A stretch of DNA of 64,000 nucleotides from Lingula anatina (lineage: Eukaryota; Animalia; Brachiopoda), in NCBI GenBank assembly GCA_051362555.1, contig CM120649.1, positions 1,674,001 to 1,738,000 on the forward strand. The letters run 5' to 3'. The position numbers and the translations under genes are program-made. The number at the start of each line of letters is the position of its first letter. Within the stretch, counting starts at the first letter, position 1. Below, one piece after another: positions 52,662 through 64,000 of this stretch. The notes under the pieces are model-generated. The model saw nothing but the letters and a program-made list of their open reading frames with translations, was not told where the DNA came from and made no database searches.

Positions 52662-55600
52662 GTAAGTGTCATGTGATGTACAATAACATGTTCTCAGCGG
52701 GCAAATCATGTTGTTTCACGGTTGAAACAGTGTTGAACTAACGTACTTGTGTACAACATGTTTACTATTGCAACAATTGATGGCAGCACATATGTTTCAT
52801 TTAATATAATGTATCCATTATCAGTGTGTCTTTTAACAGGTGGGCATTTTGTACAAAATGAACTCCATAGATGTCAGTTAACCTGATTAGTAAATGCTTA
52901 AAATATAAAAATTGAAATATCAAAACTGAAAGAGCATGCCTAGCATTTTATAAACCTTAATTGCAATATCATCATTTCAGGTTCGTGCCTCATGGAAAAA
53001 TGCTACAATGGTGGAACGTGTAGAGAAAGTACTACAAATTCGAAAATCTGGTGCATTTGTCCCAAGGGTTATAGCGGAGCAGCGTGCGAAAAAGGTAAAC
53101 CGTGCCTTTCTAATACTGCATGCATTCTGTATCTGAGTATTAAAGGATAACAACTAATAGCACTAAGTTGTGCAGCATGCAGCAAAAGAAATTACAAAAC
53201 AAACATAATAGCGCAAAATTGATGCCAGAAGATAGTAACAAGAACCAGTAATAGTAACTTCTATAGACTGATATTAAGTCAAATGACTCTAGATCTCTGT
53301 TTATTAATTATAATACAACTTACATATTCAGATGATAAGGTGGAAGTTATGAAAATGCGTCATGAAATGACGTCCATTAAGGTGGTTTAAAAATTTCAAG
53401 TATTCTTTTCGCAGGCAAGTGCCAAATTATATTTTTTATTTGTTTTCAGCAAAATGTGGGGAAAACGCCCACTGCATTTACGCGCCGCGTAATCAACCAG
53501 TGCCTTTGAACAATGACAACTGCGATACATTATTACTTGAACGTTGTGTTTGCAACGAGGGTTACAGTGGGGATGGAATCAACTGCACTGGTAAGTGTTA
53601 GGCCGTATTCTGAAAAGTGGACTAACTAGTATGCCGTTCAAATGTGACCAACCCACTTGAATATTCCCCCCTTATCTATTCAGTATTTATTAGTGGATTG
53701 GAAGGTCGAGTTATTTGACCCCTAGACTAGTTAGTCGACTCTTCTGATAGATCAGTTATTTTGGTATAGTAGAAGTTAGTTGAAATCATAACCTGAAAAT
53801 AATTTAGAATCGACTACCTCCCCCCTCATGGACAGCCCAATCTACAGTTTCACAAACACCCTAAGGGCTCATGCACACCCCTAGTGATAAGTCTACCAAA
53901 TTCCTAAAGTTTTAACTTACTCACTCTTATGATCCAGGAAGAGAAAGCAGAAATTACGACGTAGAAAAAGAAAATAATATCAATCACCCCCGGGGAAAGT
54001 CCAATCCCAAGTGTAACTACAAATCCGTAATGCTCATGTACACCCTTGATAAAAGATATTCTATTTGAAATTTCTCAGCCTGTTACTCTAGGAGACGAAG
54101 GAAAAACACAAGAAGAATCAACCGCACCCAGGGACTGTCCACGCCCATGCACACAATTTAAGCTATCAAAAACGCAATGTTAATATAATTAAGATTCGCC
54201 ACCCACACTGACAAATCAAATCCCAGTTGTACTTAAATCCTCAGGTCTAATTATTCCCAAAGTTTAAACTTCCTCTCTTTTATGGTCAAGGAGGAGTTAG
54301 CTGAAATTTAAGTAAAAAAAAATGTTATCATCCAACTCCCAGGGACATGCCACCACACAATTCACTATGAAATTCCAAAGTCCCCATGCACATGATTCAT
54401 TAAACAATATTGAAGTCTATCAATATCGAAATTTCCTCACTATTGTGCTACAAGAGGGGATGGCAAAAATTACAATGTAAAAGGAACTGAGAATCAGAAG
54501 CGACGTCTTTTGTCTAAAAGGTGCGGGGATAACAAGCAATCGATTTTGTCTAACAAATAGCCGTCTTACCTTGACCGGAACACTTTAAGTCCATTGTGGC
54601 AAATTAAATCGACTTTTCATAGTCAGCAATCAGATTTTAGCAGACTAAACTTAGCCAATTGAGTTAAGATTAATTTATTTATTCATTTATTTTCCCCGCT
54701 CTTTGGTGACAAAATTCAAAGATATATTTTCTCGCCCGTCCGATATTTTATGTTTTTGAGAGGACTTTTATTGTTTTTAATCGGCAAAATGATAGATGCA
54801 TTCTTGAATTTAAAAAAATAAAAACATGTTCTGTGTTATGATGATCAAAAACCTTTGAGTAACCTAAGAGTGCTAATAAGTAGTATTTTTTTTTTTTTTT
54901 TTTTTTTTGCTCCAGACATCTCACACGATGTCAATGAAAAACCAATTAAACTAGGCCGACTCTTAACAGTATGGGAGGTGCGGGGATGTGTGATGGCTAC
55001 CCACTGTCGCCATCTAGTTGTGTATGAAACACGTCCCAGATAATTTGCTTCTTGTCTGGAGAAAACGATAGCCAATTCACGAGGGTACTTTTTAGAGTGA
55101 GAGAAAAAAGGGCGAGTCGAAGATTCTAATCAAGAGATAACAACACTCTAGCCAGTTGCAATATAGCATCTTTATGGATATAGGTTTTTTTTTTTTTTTT
55201 ATTTCGAGTTTGGTTTATAAAAATAACTTTAGAAATTTGGCGTCAGATAATGCCTATATCAACGGAATCTGATCAAACATTTGAGTAAAGGGCTAAACAT
55301 GTATGCATAACATTAAAATATGTACATAACATACAAGATTTATGTAAGTCTGTTTATTTAATATGGAGAAATGTGAAAGTACTTAAAACGTCAAAAGTTA
55401 CAAGGAGCTCCAAAATAACAATGTTTCTATCATATTTACCATCACATTCATCTTATCATTTTTAATTAAAAAATAAAAATACTGAATTAATTTGCAAAAA
55501 TGTTTATCAGCTTGGTAGCTGGATCATAAATGAAAATTATCAAACACAAGCCTAGAAAAATGGCTAACCGTTAGCTTTCCGTTGTGGGGCAGGTAGACAA

Positions 55601-56236
55601 TATAAGACCAGGGTTACTGGGGCGGATCCAGAGATATTTTCTGACAGTCTTCCAAAGTATATTTGCTGATTCATCGTCCATTTTTGACTGCCTTCCGACA
55701 GAAAAAATTATAGCCATCAATATAAACTTGGAAATCTGACCGTCTTCCGGAAGACCCAGAAGACGGCCTCAATCCGCTCCTGATATAGACAATACCAACT
55801 CTGTCATTTCTAAACATGTAATAAACACCGACCACAGTACTGACTGGAATTCAACCAAGATCCTTGAATCCGACTCGTCTGATATCCTACGTAAGATACA
55901 AGAGGCTATCAACATCAGCCGTCACCAGCCACCCATGAATAGGGTCGGGAAGGTCGATCTACCTGACATTTATAAGAGGGTCGTGGCCTCTATATACTAT
56001 AAAGTCAAACTTAAAATGATGACAGTGAGTATCAACATCTACGTACTCACGTCAGTCTGATGTCAGTCTGACGAAAGCTAACAGTATGAACGTTTTCTCG
56101 GCTTGTGTTTGATAATTTTCATTTAAGACTGAATAAATGTGTTTGTATATTACTGAATGCACAATGTGCTCTGATAAAAAACGGGGTCAAGGTGTCCATT
56201 AAACATATTTCTTTTCTTTCAGAATCGACGAAATAA
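52577..56236 (+). CDS. Gene D: secreted 2-EGF-like protein (SP-B-C), 117 aa
   Basis: join(52577..52661,52981..53094,53450..53590,56223..56236) = 354 nt. MMGLLFCPSLVLALMACVFLSQTQLGVT / GSCLMEKCYNGGTCRESTTNSKIWCICPKGYSGAACEK / AKCGENAHCIYAPRNQPVPLNNDNCDTLLLERCVCNEGYSGDGINCT / ESTK*. Confidence 0.85.
52981..53094 (+). CDS. Gene D EGF exon type B
   Basis: TTTCAG|...|GTAAAC; six-Cys EGF. Confidence 0.9.
53450..53590 (+). CDS. Gene D EGF exon type C
   Basis: TTTCAG|...|GTAAGT. Confidence 0.9.
55600..56080 (+). mobile_element. Penelope-like relic interrupted by a ~165-bp MITE (55617-55782)
   Basis: Homologous to 44020-44350; the MITE is an inverted relative of 3822-3979. Confidence 0.7.
56223..56236 (+). 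CDS. Gene D terminal coding exon (ESTK*)
   Basis: Identical to the gene C terminal exon. Confidence 0.8.
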
Positions 56237-57073
56237 ACACCGGGAAAATGAAATAACAACCCAAAAAATGCAAGACAGGATATACAGTTATTTGATTAAT
56301 TCAAGAACCAAATTTATAATAAATATTCATTTGGACATTCATTGAAAATTATATATGAATGAAGTATTTTAATTGAAAATAAACTAATTTGGGCATTGCA
56401 TTTGGTTCTTTATACTGCTCCACATTTTGCTGCTCCACATTTGTTTTGATATTTATGATTCTAAACATAAAAAAAAAAAAAAAACTGTCGTACTTAGGTT
56501 AAGTACGAACAGAAATAGACATTGACGACGCCTTACGGTTATTGAGTTTTTTTCATGTTTTTTAATATTTCAATAACAAATACCACATTACAAAACTCAC
56601 CCGTTAGCCACAGCAGACTCACAGCCAGCTGTAATTATTGGTCTATTTTATGGGTATCAGAACATGCTTCGTCAAAAAGCAATTGCAGGGAGCTATCTAC
56701 TTTATTGTAGTTCTAGAGGTAGTTTATGCATCTGCATGTTCTGATCAACTCTGACAACGACTGTCAAACAAACCAAACCATTTTGCCGAATTATTATTTC
56801 ACAAAACTTTATAATTATATCACATTGGTAATTTTCTTCTCTTTTCGACTAAATGCCCTTCAATATCGACACATAACTTTAAAAACTTTTAGATACATAT
56901 TTATTATATGTAAAGACGAAGTTTTTATATGACTAATTTGTTTTTTTTTTTCGCCATTTACAACTGCACTACAAAAGTCAAACTAAAAATGATGTACTAT
57001 TCCACTTACATATTTGTTAAACTTTTTTGACATGATTTAAGATAATTACAATGTTACTTAATAGGTTAAGATA

Positions 57074-59871
57074 TTTGAGATATTTGATAGCATTCTTAAC
57101 TTTGATGTTTTGGATATGGACTTTTCGGACCATTTCCCCTTGTCTTTTGTGATACAATGTGAGGCACACACAGATGGGGACGAGGCCGAGACCGAGACTA
57201 GTAATGTTACAAAAGGGCTTCAGTTTATATGGGACGCTGCAAAAGCTCGCCAGTTTAGAGCTATTCTCGACGACAATGTATCTAAAGACATGCTTGAACA
57301 GTGTTCTGATTTAATGCAAAATAACATAAACGAGTCTGTATTGCTACTTAACCAAGTCTTTTACAGAGCTGTGGAGGCTATGAAGGTTAAGGGCAAAACC
57401 GGACGACAGGCGGACAGAACTCAACCCGATTGGTGGGCTGCAGACTGCCAAAATAAAAAAAAAATCTGTAAAAAATCGAAAGTTAAATCAAATGCGTAAA
57501 ATCCCAACAGCGCCAAATGTTAAAGACTACATAGAAAGTAAAAAAGTGTTCAGACAGACGTGTCGTGAAAAAAAAGGATATCAAACAACAACTGGCAAGA
57601 AGCATATTGTTAAAAAGTTGTGATGATACAAGGGCATTCTGGGCAAATGTGGCACAGTTATCTAGGACACCTCGCCAAAAGACACAAATCTCTGCCACGA
57701 ACTGGTATGAAAACTTTAAGGAGTTATTGAATAGTGGTAACACAGCTATGGTGTTTTTCATGAAGACGTTATGGAAGGTCTGAGAGCGCACGATGGACAC
57801 TGTGATTGTTGTGACGAAAATAAACCATCAGATTTGAATAAAGTGATTACAGTTGAGGAAGTTCGCAGTGCAATCAGATAAATGAAGAATGGCAAAGCGG
57901 CAGGTCTGGACGCCATTCCATGTGAATTCTTAAAAAATGCAAACGATTTAATTGTGTTCTTGCCACTGGACAGTTCCCTGAATCGTGGTCGGTTGCCATC
58001 ATTTTTCCTTTGCATAAAAAAGGTAGCACGAATGATCCAAACAACTTCAGAGGCATATCATTATTAAGTGTTGTTGGCAAGGTGTTTACTAAATTATTAA
58101 GTAATAGATTAAATGCCTGGGCATCTCAGGAGGATATTATCAGTGAATGCCAGGCTGGTTTTAGGAAAGGGTATTGCACTCAGGACCAAATATTTTCATT
58201 ACAAGCAATGATACAAAAATATTTGTCGAAAAGGGGAGGCAGATTTTTCTGTATGTTTGTCGACTTTCAAAATGCTTTTGATTGCGTGGATCACCAGTAC
58301 CTCTGGTTTAAAATATGTGCAAACGGTATCCATGGCAATATACTCAGTGTTCTCAAGTCTATGTATGCACAATTGCAAGCTTGTATAAGGCTATCAAACA
58401 CATCAAGCTACACGTCAACGTTCTCATGTAGTGTTGGTACCAGGCAAGGATGCATGGTCAGCCCGTTTTTGTTTTGCTTATTCATAACTGATCTCATTTA
58501 TCTTTATGAAGAATTCTCCTGCCAAGGTATTTATATAAATCAGGAGTTCATGAACATTACCTCGCTTTTATATGCAGATGACTTAGCAAACTGTGCTGAT
58601 ACTGTGCGAAATCTGCAAAGACTCTCAGATTACGTAGCATTGTTCTGTAAACGCTGGAAAATGAATGTGAATTTTGATAAAACCAAAGTAATAGTTTTCA
58701 GAAATGGTGGTTACCTTAGACATTACGAGAAGTGGTTTTTTGACAGCGTGGAGTTAGAGACTGTATCGCATTATAAGTATTTGGGTATTATGTTTACTCC
58801 AAAGCTGTCTTAGTCCAAAGCAAAACAAACTTTAGCAAATCAAGCAAAGAAATCAATGGCAAGATGTTTCAGGTTATTTAAAAATGTGGGATCTTTGCCT
58901 CACGTCTTATGTTTTAAGATATTTGATTCAATGATAAAACCCATACTTACATATGGAGCAGAAATATGGGGTTATGAAATATCCGAATCAGTAGAGAATG
59001 TTCAAGTTAAGTTTTGTAAAAGATTATTGATGGTATCGGATAATGCAAGCACACAAGCAGTTCTTGGGGAATGTGGTCGTTACCCTCTATACATAGATTA
59101 TCATGTCAAATGTATTAAGTATTGGTTCAAGCTTTTGTGTATGGACGACGGTAGGCTACCGAAACCATGCTACAAGTTACTGTTTGACTTAGATAGTAGT
59201 GGGAGGCAAACATGGGCGAGTGACATCAAGCATCTTTTATATTCATATGGATTTGGAGTAGTATGGGAAAACCAAGGATGTGGAAATGTGGAACTTTTTA
59301 CAGAACAGTTTAGACAACGATTAATGGATATAAGCAGGCAGAATTGGCATTCCTCAGTACGCGAATCAGGCAAGCTAAGGACCTACAGCTCATTTAAACT
59401 AGATTTGGTATTTGAGGAATACTTATCTTTTGTGTCCATAGCAGAGCATAGAAGGGCCTACTGCAAGTTCAGAATATCAAACCACAATTTACAGATTGAG
59501 AAGGGACGGTATGCCAGTGTAGATGGGGAAGATAGAGTATGTGCTGCATGCCTTTCTGATGGCATAACAATTATTGAGAATGAGGAACACGCGTTAAAGT
59601 CATGCAGTTTATATAACGGTCTGAGGGAACGCTATATTCCCGAGATTACAACATTGTCACTAGCGACTGTTCTGTCATCGCATAATGTTAACTTTATAAA
59701 AAGACTTGCGGCCTTCATATATCATGCTGAGAAATTAAGAGAGTTTTTTTAGATAAGTGATTTGTGTCGTTTATGATATATATTTCTGTGTAGTCAGCTC
59801 AGTATTATTATAAATAGAACTCAATCGATGTACATTTGGCCTGAAGGCCTGAAATACAGTGAAATAAACAA
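57074..59871 (+). mobile_element. 5'-truncated non-LTR retrotransposon (RTEX-like LINE) with disrupted ORF
   Basis: End of APE domain (SDHFPL); RT motifs FRGISLLS, QAGFRKG, FVDFQNAFD, GTRQGCMVSP and YADDL; C-terminal LQIEKGRY..CAAC..EEHAL..C; 3' GGCCTGAAGGCC hairpin and AATAAA. The empty site GGTTAAGATAGTGAGACAC is at ~45346. Confidence 0.9.
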
Positions 59872-60079
59872 AGTGAGACACGTTACCAAAATCAATTAAC
59901 ATAAAACCTACATGTTACGAGCTCAATACAAGACAATTTGCAACGGGACAAAGTCATCTGAACAACAGCATATAAACCAAAAATTATCTTGGAAAAAATA
60001 GCAATTGTCACTCTGATGATCGTGTCTTTTGTTACTGCATCTGCTGATACTGTCATTTTGTCATTTTGTCAAAAGTAAA

Positions 60080-60411
60080 AGTGAGCATTTTTTTTTTTTT
60101 TGGGGGGGGGGTTGATTTGGTTCGTGGAAATACATAGTCGCCAAAAAGTATGGTTAAGCAGAGTTCGTAAACAAATACCCCTTTTCTTTAGTCAGATACT
60201 GGAAGAAAGTCGTATTATCCAACACGTCATGCGGTTTCCATTACGTTTGACTATGACGTCCTTTATCAAAGTAGCACTTAAAATAACTGGAAGATGCAAA
60301 TAAAATAGCTCACTGGTGCTAGAAGAATACTTTTGTTTAATTTTTTGGCTATTATTCCAACAAATTCTCGCCAACACCTAGCTGTTTAGGGATGCACAGC
60401 ACACACACACG

Positions 60412-60452
<41 letters not shown>

Positions 60453-62720
60453 TGCCACGGATAGAAGGATTTGTTTATTTACTCGTTTGTTTTATTTACT
60501 AAATCGTCGTTGATGACAAAGTCCAAATTCGCATCCAGAATAAGCAATGCGACTTAACGAGCATCGCTTTTCATATAGTCATATGCTGGAAGTAATTTCA
60601 TATCATCCAAACGTCATACGGGTTTCCATTATTTTTAATTCGGACGGCCTGTATTAAAGTAGCACTGAAATCAGCTAAAATAAAATAGCTAACTGGTGTG
60701 AGATGCCTTCTTTAGTTTAATGTTTTGGTTATTTTGGCTGTTATTCCATCACTGTGTCACACACGCACGCACACATACACAAGCACGCACACACACACTT
60801 ACACACACACGACAAAGAGAGTTGAGTTAGCAAAGAGGGGGATAAAAAACTGATCGATGGCTGCCACGGATAGAAGGATATCAAATATTTGATTTAACTG
60901 AGCAATATAAATATAATATTGCAATGCTGTTATAGACCTTATGAACTCTGGTTGAATATTTTTTGGCTATCTCTCACTATCTTGCCCCAATCCAGTAGTT
61001 TTTGTGGCGCGCAGACACAAACACACGAGAGAGAGAGAGACTTAATTTCATCAGAAACCTTAATCGTAAGAACTGGGCCAATTCAACGGGCAACATAATA
61101 ATGAAAAAGACAAACAAATTGTTGGCTAGAGTCTCCTTTACCGCTTTACGTCAATAATAATATTTGCCAAGCTACGGGAGTGTTAATGGAAGTCACGACC
61201 TGAATGAAGATTTTCTAGGTCAAATATAAAAATACACGCTTCATGCTGAACGAAAGAAGCCAATGAAAGACCGACAAATGGCGTGTGATAATAAACTGGG
61301 GACCCTATAGTCAAATAATCACTATCGTGATTGGATAGTTTCTCGTGTGCCACGTTATTCACGAGATACACTGATGTCCCGGTGCTGGCTGTGTATTATA
61401 ACCAGGAAGTGAGGAGACGTTGCATTTCCTGACCCGACTTCGACGAGAAAAAGGAGGTAAGTTTTATGTTAACTGTGAAATATTCTGATCGGTGTAATTC
61501 TGCAAATTTATGGTAATCCCCTGCACACACCAATTGTTGGCAACTAAGCAGTGACAACTCTCTCTGTGGTTCTGGAGGCTTCCTCTCAAATACGTGTTGT
61601 TCATGTTTGACCAGGAATCCAATGAACCTAAATACGAACAAAGAGTGATTAAAACAGGAGATGATTACCTCGGTTCAAACTTTGAACAACCGCCTTTTGA
61701 ATTCTAAGAAAGGAATAATGTCTTTTTCCATTTGTTGAAACTATTTCAATCATATAAAGTGCAAATTTTATTTCAAGTGATTTCATCATACATTTATCGC
61801 TACAGATTATCAGACAAATTGATTTGAAATTTATTGACATTGTACTGGCGTCCTAATGGACGCTTGTCGATCCTGCAGGTATGTTCTCCAACATAAATGG
61901 ATTATATGCATTTCTGCTAAACGAAAAACAGCTGGTATTTACAGAACCTGCGAATGAGTTGCAAAAATGGTTTTAACAATATTTGGTTATAAGATGAACA
62001 CACTCTTGACTTAATGGGTCCCCATATGTGTCACGATTATCACAAAGTACACTGTGACACTGGCAATCCATTCTTATGGTTTTAAATTGTAGTTGTCTCA
62101 ATGAAACAAATGTATGTGACCACGGTCAAGGAATAGATATCCTTCCTTTTTGTCCTGTGTCAGAACTTGGTCCAAAAGCACTAAAACCAGTTTTATTGCT
62201 ATGGTTACATAGCTAATTTTTGGCCAATATTGTGAAAATCTTACAATTGTTAGGTTTCGAAGCCTAATTAAAGACATTAAACCAAGTAGTTTATTTTAGA
62301 AAGCCGATTCAGATAAACCGTAGTTTTAACTTTTTGTGGTACTTTTTGCATTATTAGATGTTTGATGTCTCATTTGTCGCTTGTATGCGAAGTGTTGTTA
62401 AAATTAACATTTTGACCAATTCTTTGAATTCATTCCAATGATTTGAAATTAAATGACATTCTACGGGCGTGCTAATGGACGCTCGTCGATCCTGCAGATA
62501 TGTTTTCCGAGAAAAATGGATTATACTCATTTCTGCTAAACATAAAACAACGGGTATTTACAGAACCTGCGAATGAGTTGCAAAGTTGGTTTTAACAATA
62601 TTTGGTTATTAAGATGAACACAGTCTTGACTTGATGGGTCCCCATATGAGTCACGATTATCACAAAGTACACTGTGACACTGGCGATGCATTCTAATAGT
62701 TTTAAAAGGGCAGTTATCTG
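60080..62720 (+). repeat. Paralogous upstream block of a further gene copy (gene itself beyond the window)
   Basis: Highly similar to ~45530-48460, which precedes gene D. Confidence 0.8.
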
Positions 62721-63276
62721 TGTTGTAAAGTTAATTACTTACCCTTACACTCATTACAATTAGTAATAAAAGGGAAATCAAATAGATGAAAAGTTAGAGT
62801 GATATTGAGTGCAAGTTAAGCTTAATCGAGTGTCAACAAGTGTAGAACATGTTTTTAGTGTCAGAAGAAGATGGAAAAGATCCAAGGCAATAACATTTAA
62901 TGTGATTGGTCAATTTCATAACAGATGTTAATTTTGATCAACTGTTTATCACATGATAACTAAGTTTTGGACATGATTCAAGTATGAGTAATGCAAATAG
63001 TATTTTGGATGAGTTTAGTTGAAAACAAGGTTCTTAGACATTACCTAATAAGGGAATGTACTATGGTAAAGTAAACATGACAATGGAAAGTTTCTGGAAA
63101 TCACGCCATAAACAATAAAAAGAACATGATTACACGCGTGATCAGTACGGAAAATTAGAGTATAAATATGGGTAAAATTGTATGAAAATTAAGTGGTGAA
63201 TAAATGATTGAAGACTCCAGAACCTCGTCGGCGTTATAATAAATGGTGGAGGAAGAAACCGGTCCCGACTCTACCG

Positions 63277-64000
63277 ATGCAAAGTGAACAACCAGAGAAT
63301 TGGAGTCCTCCAGCAGCAAACACTAGAAAAGCTGTACAGAAGAAACAACTAGAGTCAGGTACCGAAGGTAAATCACCACAAAGACTGGAGAAAACACCAA
63401 CTTTATCTCCAGGAACACCTTGTTTTACATGTACTTTTGCTCCAAAATACGTTAAAGAAAGTGAACAAACTTTTGAAATTCTATCATCTAGCAGTGAGTC
63501 GTCCGAAGAAGACGAAACACTACCTGAAAATTCTCACCAACAGACTGTTGTTCAGAAATGCAGTTTGTTAGATCAAGTCGTCGAGCAAAAATCACCATCA
63601 TATTTTTTGAAAGAGGCCAAACCAATTCCAACAACAGCGACAACCAAATTTCCCAAATCATCGAATTTGAAGGGTTATGCATCGTTAAGCAAAAATCCAT
63701 TTCAAACCGTCCAGAATCTCCCATTGTTATTAGCGACGACGACGACAACGACACAACCGACTCCGAATCTTCAACTGTCATCAGCTTTTCCGAAAACGAA
63801 CCCATTATTATCAGCGACGACGACGACAACGACACAACCGACTCCGAATCTTCAACTGTCATCAGCTTTACCGAAAACGAGCCCATTGTTATTAGCGACG
63901 ACGACGAAGACGACAACACAAGCGACTCCGACAACGACAGAGTCCGCTCAGAGTCTCCAATCGTCATTGATCTCAGCGAAGAATAAGGAGCATTATTCGC
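63277..64000 (+). CDS. Open reading frame running off the window (Ser/Thr/Pro-rich, unknown product)
   Basis: No stop from 63208 to 64000 in the frame of ATG 63277 (MQSEQPENWSPPAANTRK...SSSSESSEEDETLP...); not in the ORF track because it is unterminated. Confidence 0.45.
   Translation, partial: MQSEQPENWSPPAANTRKAVQKKQLESGTEGKSPQRLEKTPTLSPGTPCFTCTFAPKYVKESEQTFEILSSSSESSEEDETLPENSHQQTVVQKCSLLDQVVEQKSPSYFLKEAKPIPTTATTKFPKSSNLKGYASLSKNPFQTVQNLPLLLATTTTTTQPTPNLQLSSAFPKTNPLLSATTTTTTQPTPNLQLSSALPKTSPLLLATTTKTTTQATPTTTESAQSLQSSLISAKNKEHYS
63720..63915 (+). repeat. 81-bp tandem repeat, about 2.4 copies
   Basis: The unit encodes PIVISDDDDNDTTDSESSTVISFSENE in the frame of ORF 63558-63986. Confidence 0.9.

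Larger units (their letters stand above)
62721..64000 (+). mobile_element. Unclassified insertion (left end, begins TGTTGTAAAG) carrying overlapping ORFs
   Basis: Homology to 48445-48470 (CAGTTATCTG|TAAGAAAC) breaks abruptly at 62720/62721, and unrelated sequence runs to the window end. Confidence 0.65.

Noticed and set aside
23506-53590. All EGF exons as parts of one large Notch/fibrillin-like gene
   Set aside because: Signal exons and stop-containing terminal exons recur between the EGF groups, and no calcium-binding EGF consensus or transmembrane exon was found.
63488-63967. Minus-strand 159-aa Ser-rich ORF
   Set aside because: Antisense shadow of the low-complexity 81-bp repeat.
1-64000. 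CRISPR arrays, rRNA, tRNA or prokaryotic operons
   Set aside because: None seen; the sequence is spliceosomal-intron eukaryotic DNA and its repeats are microsatellites, TEs and paralogous blocks.

Overview
AT-rich, intron-containing animal genomic DNA; the TE repertoire is consistent with an invertebrate such as a lophotrochozoan, but the organism is inferred. The window is part of a head-to-tail (+ strand) tandem array of small spliced genes that the ORF track misses because the exons are only 14-141 nt. Each gene is a conserved signal-peptide exon, a variable set of symmetric phase-1 EGF-like cassette exons (types A 117 nt, B 114 nt, C 141 nt) and a 14-nt terminal coding exon. Three genes look intact: gene B (15819-27262; SP-A-B-C, 158 aa), gene C (39224-44519; SP-A-B-C-A-B-C, 280 aa) and gene D (52577-56236; SP-B-C, 117 aa). 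Also present are the 3' end of a further copy (1985-1998), hollowed or degenerate pseudogene pieces (5030-7645, 30469-32029) and the upstream region of another copy at the right edge. The mature EGF exons diverge faster than their flanking introns, almost entirely at non-synonymous sites, while cysteines and the signal peptide stay conserved. The C-type module has a non-canonical cysteine layout. The array is remodelled by a recent ~25.3-kb-offset duplication and many TEs: Academ-like fold-back, Tc1, Harbinger- and Kolobok-type MITEs, an RTEX-like LINE, Penelope and L2/CR1 relics, and an unclassified insertion carrying overlapping ORFs with SUMO-interacting-motif-like repeats. All calls come from manual reading; no searches were run.
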